Origin: Macrostomum lignano
Taxonomy: Eukaryota
Reading direction: 5' to 3'
Length of the DNA: 40,232 bases
Assembly: GCA_002269645.1 (NCBI GenBank)
Contig: NIVC01004630.1
Span: 1 to 40,232, forward strand
The translations under genes and the position numbers were made by a program. Positions 18,475-30,300 of this stretch are shown here, piece after piece. The notes below the pieces were generated by a model. The model did no database searches. It had not been told where the DNA came from and was given only the letters and a program-made list of their open reading frames with translations. How positions within the stretch are numbered: position 1 is the stretch's first letter; every line of letters starts with the position of its first letter.

Positions 18475-19569
18475 TTTACGGCGCCTCAATTTATTCCCCG
18501 CTTTTGTAATTTACCGTGTAGCTCGCTGTTCTTCGAATTCATTAGTTTTTTTCTGTTTTTTGTATTCAATAGAAAAAAAACAATAATTTTGTGCAGCTGG
18601 TTTTTTTCATATTTATGAAATGAATGAATTTATTTGTACCATGTTATCTCCTAGTTTATAGAAGCAAAACAATGCCAAAGCGCATATAGTTCTAACCAAA
18701 AGCAAGTTCATTGATCGACGAGAATATTTCCTGGTCAGAAGGTTGATAAAAGATAAGATCTGTTCTTATCAAGAAGCTATATTGAAGCATCGTGAGAATT
18801 GCAGCCAAGCATATAGCATTATTCTATACTAGCTCTGTACAACATATTATATAGCGTATGTCTGCTTTCGGGTTAACTGAGAATGAATTTAGTCCCCTAC
18901 CCCCAACCTAGGGACATTTTAAAGCAAAACACAAAGAACAAAGAAGCACGGAACAAAGAATTCTTGAGCCAACTTCAATGAATGATATTCTTACAAGGTG
19001 CATTTTAGGTGCAAATAAAGTGACACTATGGAATCGGTGAGAGAAAAACAGCCTGCCTGAACCGGCTGAACGTGAACTTTTCCAAAAATAAAAGACCCCC
19101 CATAATCCAGTAAACAGACGCTCTGATACGAGCGTACGCGTTGATTGCTGTAGAATTTTTTGATCCTGATATTTTAAATCATCTTGTAGTAAGTAAAATT
19201 GGCATATACGGGCGTATTAACACATTTATTTTTTATCTGTCTATTATGTTATGCTGCTGTGCCACTGCTCAAAAGTGTGCAATATCCAGTGGCTAACACG
19301 CGAGAAGTTGAAATCCTCTTCCCAATCAATCCATTAGTTTCTTATTTTCTCCTGCGTTTCTTGTCAGTTTCTCCACTTAGCTTTTTAGTTTGTATTTTTT
19401 GCTTTATAAATTTTAATTAACCTAAGGTAGCATAACTTTCTGCATTGAAATAAAATTTCGAATCGTGCATTTTAAATCTGCAACTGACAGGCATGAATCT
19501 TTTCTTGCCCAACTGGATTTCACGAGTTGTTTGTTGTTGGACACATTATGAAATCAAATATAATCATAA

Positions 19570-19780
19570 CAGTGGCGGGTCTAGAATTTCATTTAAGGGG
19601 GGCCGTCCAAGTTTGGGGCGCCAACATAAGTATCAGGGGCGCCAATTTTTAAGCTAGGGGGCGCAGAAATCAAGTTAAAGGGCTCCCCCAAAAAACTTAG
19701 GTCTTGGGGGAAGCAATCTTTTTTATCAAGCTGTTTTTTTTGGGGGGGGGGGCGGCCGCCCTTGAATAGATCCGCCCCTG
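19570..19780. mobile_element. hAT-type MITE, 211 bp, nested in the CACTA element
   Basis: TIRs CAGTGGCGGGTCTA / TAGATCCGCCCCTG (12/14); flanks AATCATAA / AATCATAG (8-bp TSD, 7/8). Confidence 0.75.
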
Positions 19781-20252
19781 AATCATAGTCATATTTGTAA
19801 AATGCTGCAGTTTATAAATAGCTCATAAGGGTCTAAAATGAAAAAGCTGCAATTCAAAAAATTAATTTTGTTAAGTGTAAAAACTTAAAGTATGGAACTG
19901 GGAATTTTGGATTGGTAAAGCTGGAAGCGTGGGCCGCATGAAGTTATGAACACTATTGCGCCTCCCGAGTCCCGTGAGTTCAGATGTTGGCGCGTCCAAT
20001 GCCGTGCGACTTCACAGTCTACAAAATTTTAAAGTAAAATTCAGCTCAGCTGCTTCTCATTGGGTTGTGCGGGGAAATTTTTTAAACCTCCTTCCTGTAT
20101 GCAAAAATTTCAAACCAATCGGAAGATCTGAACCATGAAACCTATTCTAACATTTGTCTTTTATTTCCGTTTCATTCCCTTTCGTAAAGATTTGCATGTA
20201 TCACGACTGATTATATGCTTTAAGATCATATTTAGCACAACTTTGAGACAGC

Positions 20253-22025
20253 ATGTCATCGGACAACAGGTTTGTCTTGGTTCTTTTTGAAGACGATAGT
20301 GTAGAAATCGTCCTAAAAGAATGGTTTGAAAGCGGAACTTCTGTGCACTGGCCCCCTGCAGCAGAGTACAATCAAGCCATCAAAGGCCACAGGACACCGA
20401 ATGAGAACTGGGCTGTGGAAACCGTTGAAGTTGTCGGATCTCGAGGTAAGACAAGGGTCCATTTCATTTAATTACTCAACAATTCTTTCTTGGGCAATCG
20501 CATCTCACACCAGGGAAAATGCCTTTTAATTTTAAACTTCAGCCACTCTCCCAGAGGCCGTTAAACTACGACGGCGCTTTCTGAGCAAAGGGACAGTGGA
20601 AACAAGCGACTCTGATGCTCCTCGTCTTCGAAAGACAGTCAGTCGCTTCATCAATGAAGCTGTGGAAGCTGGGAGCTCGCGTGTTGGCAGACAAAGTCGA
20701 CGAGTGGCCCGACCTCCAGATTCACCCCCACCAACGCTTCATGCCCTTGCGTCTCCACCTCCGCCGCTCGAAACGTTTCGGCAAGCTGCACAGCAGGATA
20801 ATTCTGCTGGGACAGCCCCGATGCTGAGCACCCCGACTATTGCATCAACACCAGCTGGTCCAGTCCAAGTCTCAAGCTTGCCAAAGGAAGGGCTTGCAGG
20901 CATCAACCTAAGTATCACCAACTTGAGTTCACAAGTCGAGAAGCTCACTGCAGCCGTTGAGCGACTGGAGAGTGAGTGCATAATTTTCAAACTCGAAACG
21001 CTTAAATTTCTGAGGACAGTTGTGACAGACAATTGAATGAGATAATCCATTGAGATAGAGTAGTCTAGCAGTGTAAATTTAAATTTAAATGTAGTATAAA
21101 CGAACGTAATATATAGCTTTGAAAAACCCCAAATGGCAAAGGCTTAATTTTTAACAGAAAGATGTGACTAAAATACTTATTGACAGGTGTGATTCGCGCA
21201 CAGCATACTTCAGTGAAAAATTCTTTGGTTGACCTTCAGAACAAGTTGGTGGCTCGCACATCTGGTGGACCTTCAGAAGATGACGGTGACTTACACAGTC
21301 TGTTCGATGGACTGCCATGTACAGAGTTGGTTGCCTTACAAAACTGGGTGGCGGCTCTTCAGTCTGATCGAAAGGCTGTTAAACACGCTGTAAGCTGCCA
21401 ATGTTGCTATCATTTGAATGCATAGTATATCAGAAAAAATCACAGAGGTACGCTCGTAATTAATTTAGCTACTTTATCTCGTCCTTTCAAGGTGTCGCAC
21501 TTTCGCTCACTTGGAGGGAGACGACTCAATCATCTAGTCTTTAATATACTGCGGCTTCTGATGACCGATGAACTGGCGGCTCAGATGAGCCTTCGTGGAG
21601 CAACCCGCCAAGGCAAATCAAAAAAAAGTTTTTCGAGTCTCGGACTGCTGCCGATCATTGCTAGTAAGTACATGAGTAGTGCATATAATATCTAAACCAC
21701 TAAGTAGGCAGTAAAATCGAAGATTGCAACAGTTAATGAAACGGTTTTTAATAAGGTTATGGACATGGAAAAATACAAATTATCAATTTATACTTTTTTT
21801 GCTTCAGATGCAGCAGGAGGCATTTTCAAGGACGCAACTGCAGTTTCGGTGGGCCTAGCCGTGGCCGAACATTTGAGGCACGCCGGCACTCGAGTGAAGA
21901 AGCAGAGCCAGGCTTCACAGCAGCTCGCGATGGCAGCTGGAGCTGTCGCATCTTCTTCAGAAGAGTCGATGGAGGCTGATGATGAAGACGACTTTGACTT
22001 GTTGGATCAAATTTACTCAAACTAA
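20253..22025 (+). CDS. CACTA accessory protein (DUF4806-like C-terminus), 5 exons, 404 aa
   Basis: Exons 20253-20445, 20543-20971, 21187-21389, 21492-21663, 21808-22025; all GT-AG, phases 1/1/0/1 compatible, total 1215 nt with no stop. N-terminal VLVLFEDDSVEIV..EW...WPP domain; C-terminal SLGG...ILRLLMTDELAAQMSLRG...KKSF...HLRHA. Confidence 0.82.
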
Positions 22026-24356
22026 AGCTGTGCACTATGTATGTTTCCTCTCCTCATATGTTAGCTATTCATCTTGGTATTTAATCCAGGGTGATATAAT
22101 TTTTAGGACCAGCACTAGTAAAATCGATTGAATATGAAGAGCAAAAATGAAAGTTTGCATATAGGGACCATGAACTGTGTCGCTTTAATATTAAAGTCTA
22201 GATTTAAAAATCGTTGATATGAAAGTGTATACCAAACAGGTAAAAAGCAACCTTGGTTCAATTGTTATCACAAAGTGAAAAAAATAAGTAATTTTAACTA
22301 TCTAATTGCTAAGGGTTTCTTAGAAATCGTAGAAAGCCGAAAGGGTAAACCTTCGGTGCAGGAGCTTGGGACTTTGTAGACAGGATTAATCTTATTTTAA
22401 AAAAGGGGGCCTGGCTGATCTTAAATCATTTTATGTTTAGTTTTAGTAAAATATTGTCTTATTCTGTCCTTATATATCAGCTTAAAAAACTTTTTATGTC
22501 TGGTTGTGCATAATATTTCATAATTAAACTGTTTCGGTCGCTTAAAGTTTTCTGTTTGTGCAGTATTAGCTACTAACAGTAGTGAGCTGGATTTTCGAAA
22601 AGTGCGTTTGCCAAATTATATTAAAAGTGAATGTATTTTTTAAGCTTAGTGAAGCAGATAAAACCTTTGCTTAGCTTTTTGCGTCTGTTAGTCTGCTGCA
22701 TCTTTTTTGTAGTTTAAACTTTTTGACAATTTTACTAAATGTTTTACTTGAATGAGTAAAATGTATGTGTGAAATTAATCGGGTCGGATTACCACTGAAG
22801 ACTAAAGGTTACATAAATGATAGCCCATGTATCCTAAGTATGTAACCCCAAGCTTAATGTTGTACTTTCTCTTGTGTCTTCTTACATTGCAGTACTACAT
22901 GTAAAAATGTTTCTTTAACAGTACTACATTGCAATACTACAGTATTGCAGTACGCTCGTACTACATGTAAAACCTTCTTTACTTTCTTAACTCTATGCTA
23001 ATATTTATGAACATCCCCAATATATCGTAAAAAAGCTATATGTGAACTTTTTTTTGTTAATAAAAAATAAAATAAATATACTCGCTTTCATAAACTAGCT
23101 CTGATACCGAGTGAGTTTCTTCTGCTTATATTACAGAAAAATGAGGCACATCCTGCGTTGCAAACTATAGGCTTCAATATATAAAAACAAGATTGAGTGC
23201 CTTTACTGTGCTCACTACTGCTAGTAGTATGTACGAGCTCTCACAGAAAGGTTGTTAGAAAGTTGTTTAATGGTGGGTTACCAACGTTGGCCTACAACGT
23301 TGAAAAAACCGTACAAAGCGGGTCAAAATTGATGTAATTTAAATGTTAAAGAAACATAATTTCAATGATTGGAAAAACGTTGCACCAACATAAGTGGCAG
23401 TCCGGGAATTGGCATGTCTTTGTGGGACTGCATGCTTTAGGGGGACCATATATATCATCCCCCTGTCCCCCTGGTGGCGATGCTTCTGCATATGTATACA
23501 TGCATACACAGACCCCAAAATCTCCTCCCAAGCCACATCAAATGTACTTGTTCATTAAATGCTGTGTGTGTGGATAGTGCATGTAGTGTTAATTTCTAAA
23601 AAGACAATAAAAATATATATGTTATACGAGCTATATGGAACAGTTAAAACCGTCTACTCGCCACGTCCATAAAAAACATAGAGACGCTATCCTGCTGATC
23701 ATTTAATATTCTGAATACTCGTATACATGTAAATGCATGCTCGTACACACGCACACCACATGCATGTACATATGGATATGAAAACGCGAATGATATGTGT
23801 CGTTTGGTTTTGGCAACATGTATTTCTACAAAATATCATCACGTATATACGTGTAAACTCAAGCCGAGTATGTTTATATCATCATGTAGGTAAGTATTTT
23901 TGCTATGTTACAGACTTTCAGAAACGAGTCTTATACATAAGTGGTTAGAGTTTCTTTTATACCAATACAAAACAAAAAAATTGTTAATAGAAAAAAATTG
24001 TTTTTTATCTATTTAATAGATAAATTTTGTTTTATCTTTTTAAATTGTGCAAACGTCGTAGAAGCATTTGAATTGTCAAATTTGTTTTAACGGAAAGTGT
24101 TAGTGAAGACAATTTTGCGGTAATTTTTGAATTCTAGAATTTTTAACACTATTTAAATCAAGTAAGTGCACAACGGACAACCGGACTACCCGACGTCTTG
24201 GCTTGGACAACTACTACAAAAATATACTGCAACTTGCAATACAAAAGGTTTACTATAAAATTAAAACCAAGAAGAGCTTAAATCTTAATATCACCTAAAT
24301 AACCTTAAACGTCAGAGCACAATGTATTGGCTTTAAGCCCCAAGTTTAAATGCTTT

Positions 24357-27300
24357 ATGGTGAAACTAATTTTAGTAATAATCCTACTACAAACATTCAT
24401 TGCATGCCTATCGACAGCTGACAAAATCAAAGATTCTGTTGATAAAAGTAAGTTGACAAATAGTTTTAGTTTTAATTTAGTTTTACTTTAATTTAAATAG
24501 TTTTTTGGCTTATACGAGTATGATTCATATTGAGATCTTTGATTCGTTTCCTACTTTTTGTGTTAATAAAGAAACCTTAATTGACTTAAATTATTAGTGC
24601 GTCTGTCTGTATTTTACTCTCAGATATTTTAATGTATAGTTACAGATTAAATATCAAGAACAGTAACTAAGAATTTTATGAATAAATAATAAATAATTTA
24701 AATTGCCCTTTTTTAAATGAAAAAATTGCACAACGGCTTAAAAACTGATATAGTAAATTGTGAATAGCTTAATCGTTCAATAACATAACTAACGCATCAT
24801 GCATTCTCTATAGACTCTCTTTCTTCAAAGAATTAAAAGTTTGACAATATTCAAGCTTTCAAGCTGAAAAAAATCAGAAACAAGAATAGAAAAAGCAAAA
24901 ACCTTGCAAACATCAACGAAATACTTGAGCAGGCAATTTTGATTCGAATACGATAATTTTAATTGACAAGTTTCCGAGAAACCCAGTTTCATGTCCTTCC
25001 ACCTCCTCTCTCATTGATTGATTGCAGAAAACTTGGTCAACTTTCTTGAGTCGAGCGCCAGTCGTGGCAGTGGCGGCGGCGACGGCGGCGCAGTCGAAAC
25101 CGATGCCTGCAGAATTCGAGCCAGCTGCCGAGAACTAAATAGAATTGTTGTCAGCTGCGATTCGGAGACCCCGGCTGTTGGCTGCGGAGGCTGCAAGGCC
25201 GGCTTCAGGCAGTCGGCGAAATCGACCACGAGTCAGTGCGTGCCAGGTGAGCATCATGGTACAGACAGTGGTGGAAATTCGTGGTAAAGGCAGATGGGGC
25301 GGAGGTGGAGGCATTGATCGCCCGTTGGAGTTCAAAAGTTTTGAAAAATTAAAATTAGAGGGTTGAACTAATATTAGTAAACCTGCACCTTTAGCAACAC
25401 TGGAGAGAGGCAAGTGTGGAGGTCAACTAATCCAAGCTTCTATTAGTCAAATGCCCACTGTCCTGGTGGGAAAATCAAATAGAAAGAGAGAGGGATGAAG
25501 AGAGGTAAAGAGAGGGGACAAAGAGAGGAAGAAAGGGAGACAGGGAGAGATGAGAGAGGGAGAGGGAGAGAGGGAGAGAAGAAGGCAGGGAAGAAGAGAT
25601 GAGACACGAGACAGGGAGAGAAGGAAAGAGGAAGTCGGGGAGACAGGGTGACAGGGGAGAGGAAGAGAGGGCGAGAGGGAGAGAGGGGAGGAGGGAGATA
25701 GGAAGATAGGGAGAGAAAGAGACAGGGAGACAGGGGAGAGGGAGACAGGGGAGAGGGAGACAGGGGGAAAGGGAGACAGGGGGAGAGGGGGAGAGGGAGA
25801 GAGGGGCGGAGAGACAGGGAGACAGGGGAGAGGGAGAGAGGGGAGCGGAGAGACAGAGGAAAGAGGAATGGGAGGGCAATGGAGGGCAGCAGAGCGAATG
25901 AACGTGAAGGATATTAAAAGTATTGTGGGACTGCAAAGCTAAACGATGGACGAGGCGACAATGAAAAATTCACGAAACTTCGCTATCACTCTCATATTAT
26001 CAAATTTATCACATACTAAAAGATTAGGGCTTATTCCAATTTAGAGATTCAGAATTCAATGCCCTGGTTCAATAGGACTTTCCAAAAGTATACTCGTCCA
26101 ATGTCAAGCGTCCTGCCATATCTACAGGATTTTCTTTTCTAGTCCTTAAAAATAACTGCCCACCAACAGAAGCTCTGCGCACTGCATTGTCTGCGGACTT
26201 ATGTTGCACAGAAAGCTAGTATGGTGGCGGTTGGCAGCAGAGAGGATATTATACTCTGGTATTGATCTGCGCAAACGGCCAAGAGCTATAATATCGATCT
26301 GCACGAATAATTTCCTATATTTTGCTGAAGCCACTTTTCTGTCTATACTGTCAGTTGCTGTAGCCAAGTCTAGAATCTCGCTTATACGCAACTGCACCAT
26401 GCTGAAGTTTAATGCAGAGTTTTGCTACCAGCTTGGTTTGTCTATGGCCATAGATGGGTTCAGGGCGTTGCCAGTGTCGCTGATAGTCAGCCAAGATGGC
26501 GAATCCCCTGGTGCTGGCGCCCCTGGTGCTGGCGCCCCTGGTGCTGGCGCCCCTGGTGCTGGCGCCCCTGGTGCTGGCGCCCCTGGTGCTGGCGCCCCTG
26601 GTGCTGGCGCCCCTGGTGCTGGCGCCCCTGGTGCTGGCGCCCCTGGTGCTGGCGCCCCTGGTGCTGGCGCCCCTGGTGCTGGCGCCCCTGGTGCTGGCGC
26701 CCCTGGTGCTGGCGCCCCTGGTGCTGGCGCCCCTGGTGCTGGCGCCCCTGGTGCTGGCGCCCCTGGTGCTGGCGCCCCTGGTGCTGGCGCCCCTGGTGCT
26801 GGCGCCCCTGGTGCTGGCGCCCCTGGTGCTGGCGCCCCTGGTGCTGGCGCCCCTGGTGCTGGCGCCCCTGGTGCTGGCGCCCCTGGTGCTGGCGCCCCTG
26901 GTGCTAAAGCCCCTGGTGCTAAAGCCCCTGGTGCTAAAGCCCCTGGTGCTAAAGCCCCTGGTGCTAAAGCCCCTGGTGCTAAAGCCCCTGGTGCTAAAGC
27001 CCCTGGTGCTAAAGCCCCTGGTGCTAAAGCCCCTGGTGCTAAAGCCCCTGGTGCTAAAGCCCCTGGTGCTAAAGCCCATGGTGCTAAAGCCCCTGGTTAT
27101 AGATCCCTCACTTGAAATGGCTTCCACTATATGTAGATTATATTAAAGTTCATCTACGCAACCTCTTCCAGTGCCTTCACGGGCCAAAGGCCGTGAACAT
27201 AATTTCATAGACTATGATGGTTAGCCACCAATCAGAGGTTTAGGTAGCTATTTACTAATGAAAAGCACACTTTATCCAAACGGAAAAATTTCAATCCATG

Positions 27301-30300
27301 TTATTGATATCTTTCTCGTTCATCGCTGATTGGTTCTAGGCATTATTATTGCAAAAAAATGCTACATTCCCTCCATGAGGTTGCCGTGTGAATTACTGAT
27401 AAGATACGAGCGTAGAGACTACGAACAATCCAGGTGGCTCTGGTTTAAACCCTTGTTACCAACTGCATAGTTAGCTTATCATTCAGTAAACCCGCCCCGC
27501 ACTAACTTCAAAGCAAATAGTTTCGTGTGATACAGCGTTCTCAGTATTGAGCTCATATCTAGCTTTGAGCAGATTTTGTTCTAGTTGCACAGCAAGTTTT
27601 ATTTCTTACGCGCGAAACTGAAAATTTGAAATGTATTGGACCGTCTAAGAAACTATACATTTATAGCAGATGTCAGAGCAGGGTTAAGGATAAGCTCTAG
27701 AACAGGTGTGGTTAGGATAAGCTCTAGAACAGGTGTGGTTAGGATAAGCTCTAGAACAAGTGTGGTTAGGATATGCTCTAGAACAAGTGTGGTTAGGATA
27801 AGCTCTAGAACAGGTGTGGTTAGGATAAGCTCTAGAACAGGTGTGGTTAGAATATGCTCTAGAACAAGTGTGGTTAGGATAAGCTCTAGAACAGGTGTGG
27901 TTAGGATAAGCTCTAGAACAGGTGTGGTTAGGATAAGCTCTAGAACAGGTGTGGTTAGGACAGGCTCTAGAACAGGTGTGGTTAGGATAAGCGCCAGCTA
28001 GAACATGTGTGGTTAGGATAAGCGCCAGCTAGAACATGTGTGATTAGGATAAGCGCCAGCTAGAACAGGTTTGGTTCGGATAAGCGCCAGCTAGAACAGG
28101 TTTGGTTCGGATAAGCGCCAGCTAGAACAGGTTTGGTTCGGATAAGCGCCAGCTAGAACAGGTTTGGTTAGGATAAGCGCCAGCTAGAACAGGTTTGGTT
28201 AGGATAAGCGCCAGCTAGAACAGGTTTGGTTAGGATAAGCGCCAGCTAGAACAGGTTTGGTTAGGATAAGCGCCAGCTAGAACAGGTTTGGTTAGGATAA
28301 GCGCCAGCTAGAACAGGTTGGGTTAGGATAAGCGCCAGCTAGAACAGGTTTGGTTAGGATAAGCGCCAGCTAGAACATACAAATACTTGCACGAATTTGC
28401 CAATGCCCCACAATTGCAGACCCTTCGGCCAGCTTCGGTGCCGCGCTAGACGCCGAGAAACTGATCGACGATCTGGCAGTTTCGTCGTCTATGAACGAGA
28501 AAGATTCAGATAGCGAAAGTGAGTGTTGAAGCTTGTGATGTATTTTGATGTACTTTTATTTAGGGTCGAGTTTAGAAGCGGATTAGACTGTTGGTAAATG
28601 GATCGCAGGAGACAATAAATGGATTCCGGATGGCGCCAAAATAGATGCCAGATGGCACCAAAATAGATTCCAGATAGCGCCAAAATAGATTTCATATCGA
28701 CCCAAATCAGATTCCAAAAGGCGCCAAAATAGATTCCAGATGTCACTAGAATAGGTTCCAGATAGCGCCAAAATAGATTCCAAATGGCGCCAAAATAGAT
28801 TCCAAATGGCGCCAAAATAGATGTAGCTTCCAGAAGACACCAAAATGGACTCTTTAAAACAGTTTCTGTGTCACTATAAAACTTGTTAGGACCGCAGCGG
28901 AAAGGCAGCGAAGGCCGCCCCACAGCGGCCAGCTCCACCGACTCAAGCGGCGGTCGAAACGACAGCTCGCATCGGCCGACACCGCCGCCGCTGCTGCCGC
29001 CGCCGCGTTCGCCTCCGATCAGGCGGATACCACTGGCTAATGGCGACTTTGTTTTTTACGGTTGGTTCCGCAATGCGGCTTAGTTCTTAGTTATCAATTC
29101 ATTGCAACCCCTAGTCCTCAATTATCGATCCACTACAACCCCCAGTCTTTAATTATCGATCCACTACAACCCCCAGTCTTTAATTATGGATCCACTGCAA
29201 CCCCCAGTATTTAATTATCGATCCACTGCAACCCCAGTATTTAATTATCGATCCACTACAACCCCCAGTCTTAAATTATCGATCCACTGCAACCCCCAGT
29301 CTTTAATTATCGATCCACTGCAACCCCCAGTCTTTAATTGTCGATCCATTGCAACCCCCAGTTCTTTAATTGTCGATCCATTGCAACCCCCAGTCCTTTA
29401 ATTATCGATCCACTGCAACCCCCAGTCTTTAACTATCGATCCACTACAACCCCAGTCTTTAATTATCGATCCACTACAACCCCCAGTCTTAAATTATCGA
29501 TCCATTGCAACCCTCAGTTCTTTAACTATCGATCCATTGCAACCCCCAGTCCTTTAATTATCGATCCATTGCAACCCCCAGTCCTTTAATTATCGATCCA
29601 TTGCAACCCTCAGTCCTTTAATTATCGATCCATTGCAACCCCCAGTCCTTTAATTATCGATCCATTGCAACCCCCAGTCCTTTAATTATCGATCCATTGC
29701 AACCCCCAGTCCTTTAATTATCGATCCATTGCAACCCTCAGTCCTTTAATTATCGATCCATTGCAACCCCCAGTCCTTTAATTATCGATCCATTGCAACC
29801 CCCAGTCCTTTAATTATCGATCCATTGCAACCCCCAGTCTTTAATTATCGATCCACTGCAACCCCCAGTCTTTAACTATCGATCCATTGCAACCCCCAGT
29901 CCTTTAATTATCGATCCATTGCAACCCTCAGTCCTTTAATTATCGATCCATTGCAACTCTCAGTCCTTTAACTATCGATCCACTGCAACCCCCAGTGCTT
30001 TAACTATCGATCCATTGCAACCCCCAGTCCTTTAATTATCGATCCACTGCAACCCCCAGTCCTTTAATTATCGATCCATTGCAACCCTCAGTCCTTTAAT
30101 TATTGATCCATTGCAACCCCCAGTCATTTAATTATCGATCCATTGCAACCCCCAGTCCTTTAATTATCGATCCATTGCAACCCCAGTCCTTTAATTATCG
30201 ATCCATTGCAACCCTCAGTCCTTTAATTATCGATCCATTGCAACCCCCAGTCCTTTAATTATCGATCCATTGCAACCCCCAGTCCTTTAATTATCGATCC

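Larger units (their letters stand above)
15756..23406 (+). mobile_element. CACTA/EnSpm (CMC)-type DNA transposon, 7651 bp, non-autonomous derivative
   Basis: TIRs CCCGGGCTGCCA (15756-15767) and TGGCAGTCCGGG (23395-23406), 11/12 complementary; 3-bp TSD AAT on both sides; AACGTT-rich subterminal regions; contains transposase remnant and accessory gene. Confidence 0.8.

Noticed and set aside
22880-22980. Clustered TACATGTA / CAGTACTAC words
   Set aside because: Short degenerate low-complexity sequence with no definable unit or boundaries.
26201-27146. Long GAPGA / PWCWR / LAPLV / STRGA repeat ORFs resembling silk or collagen
   Set aside because: A stop-free 15-bp unit opens several frames on both strands; the array lies in NPDC1 intron 2 and the flanks have no protein-like features.
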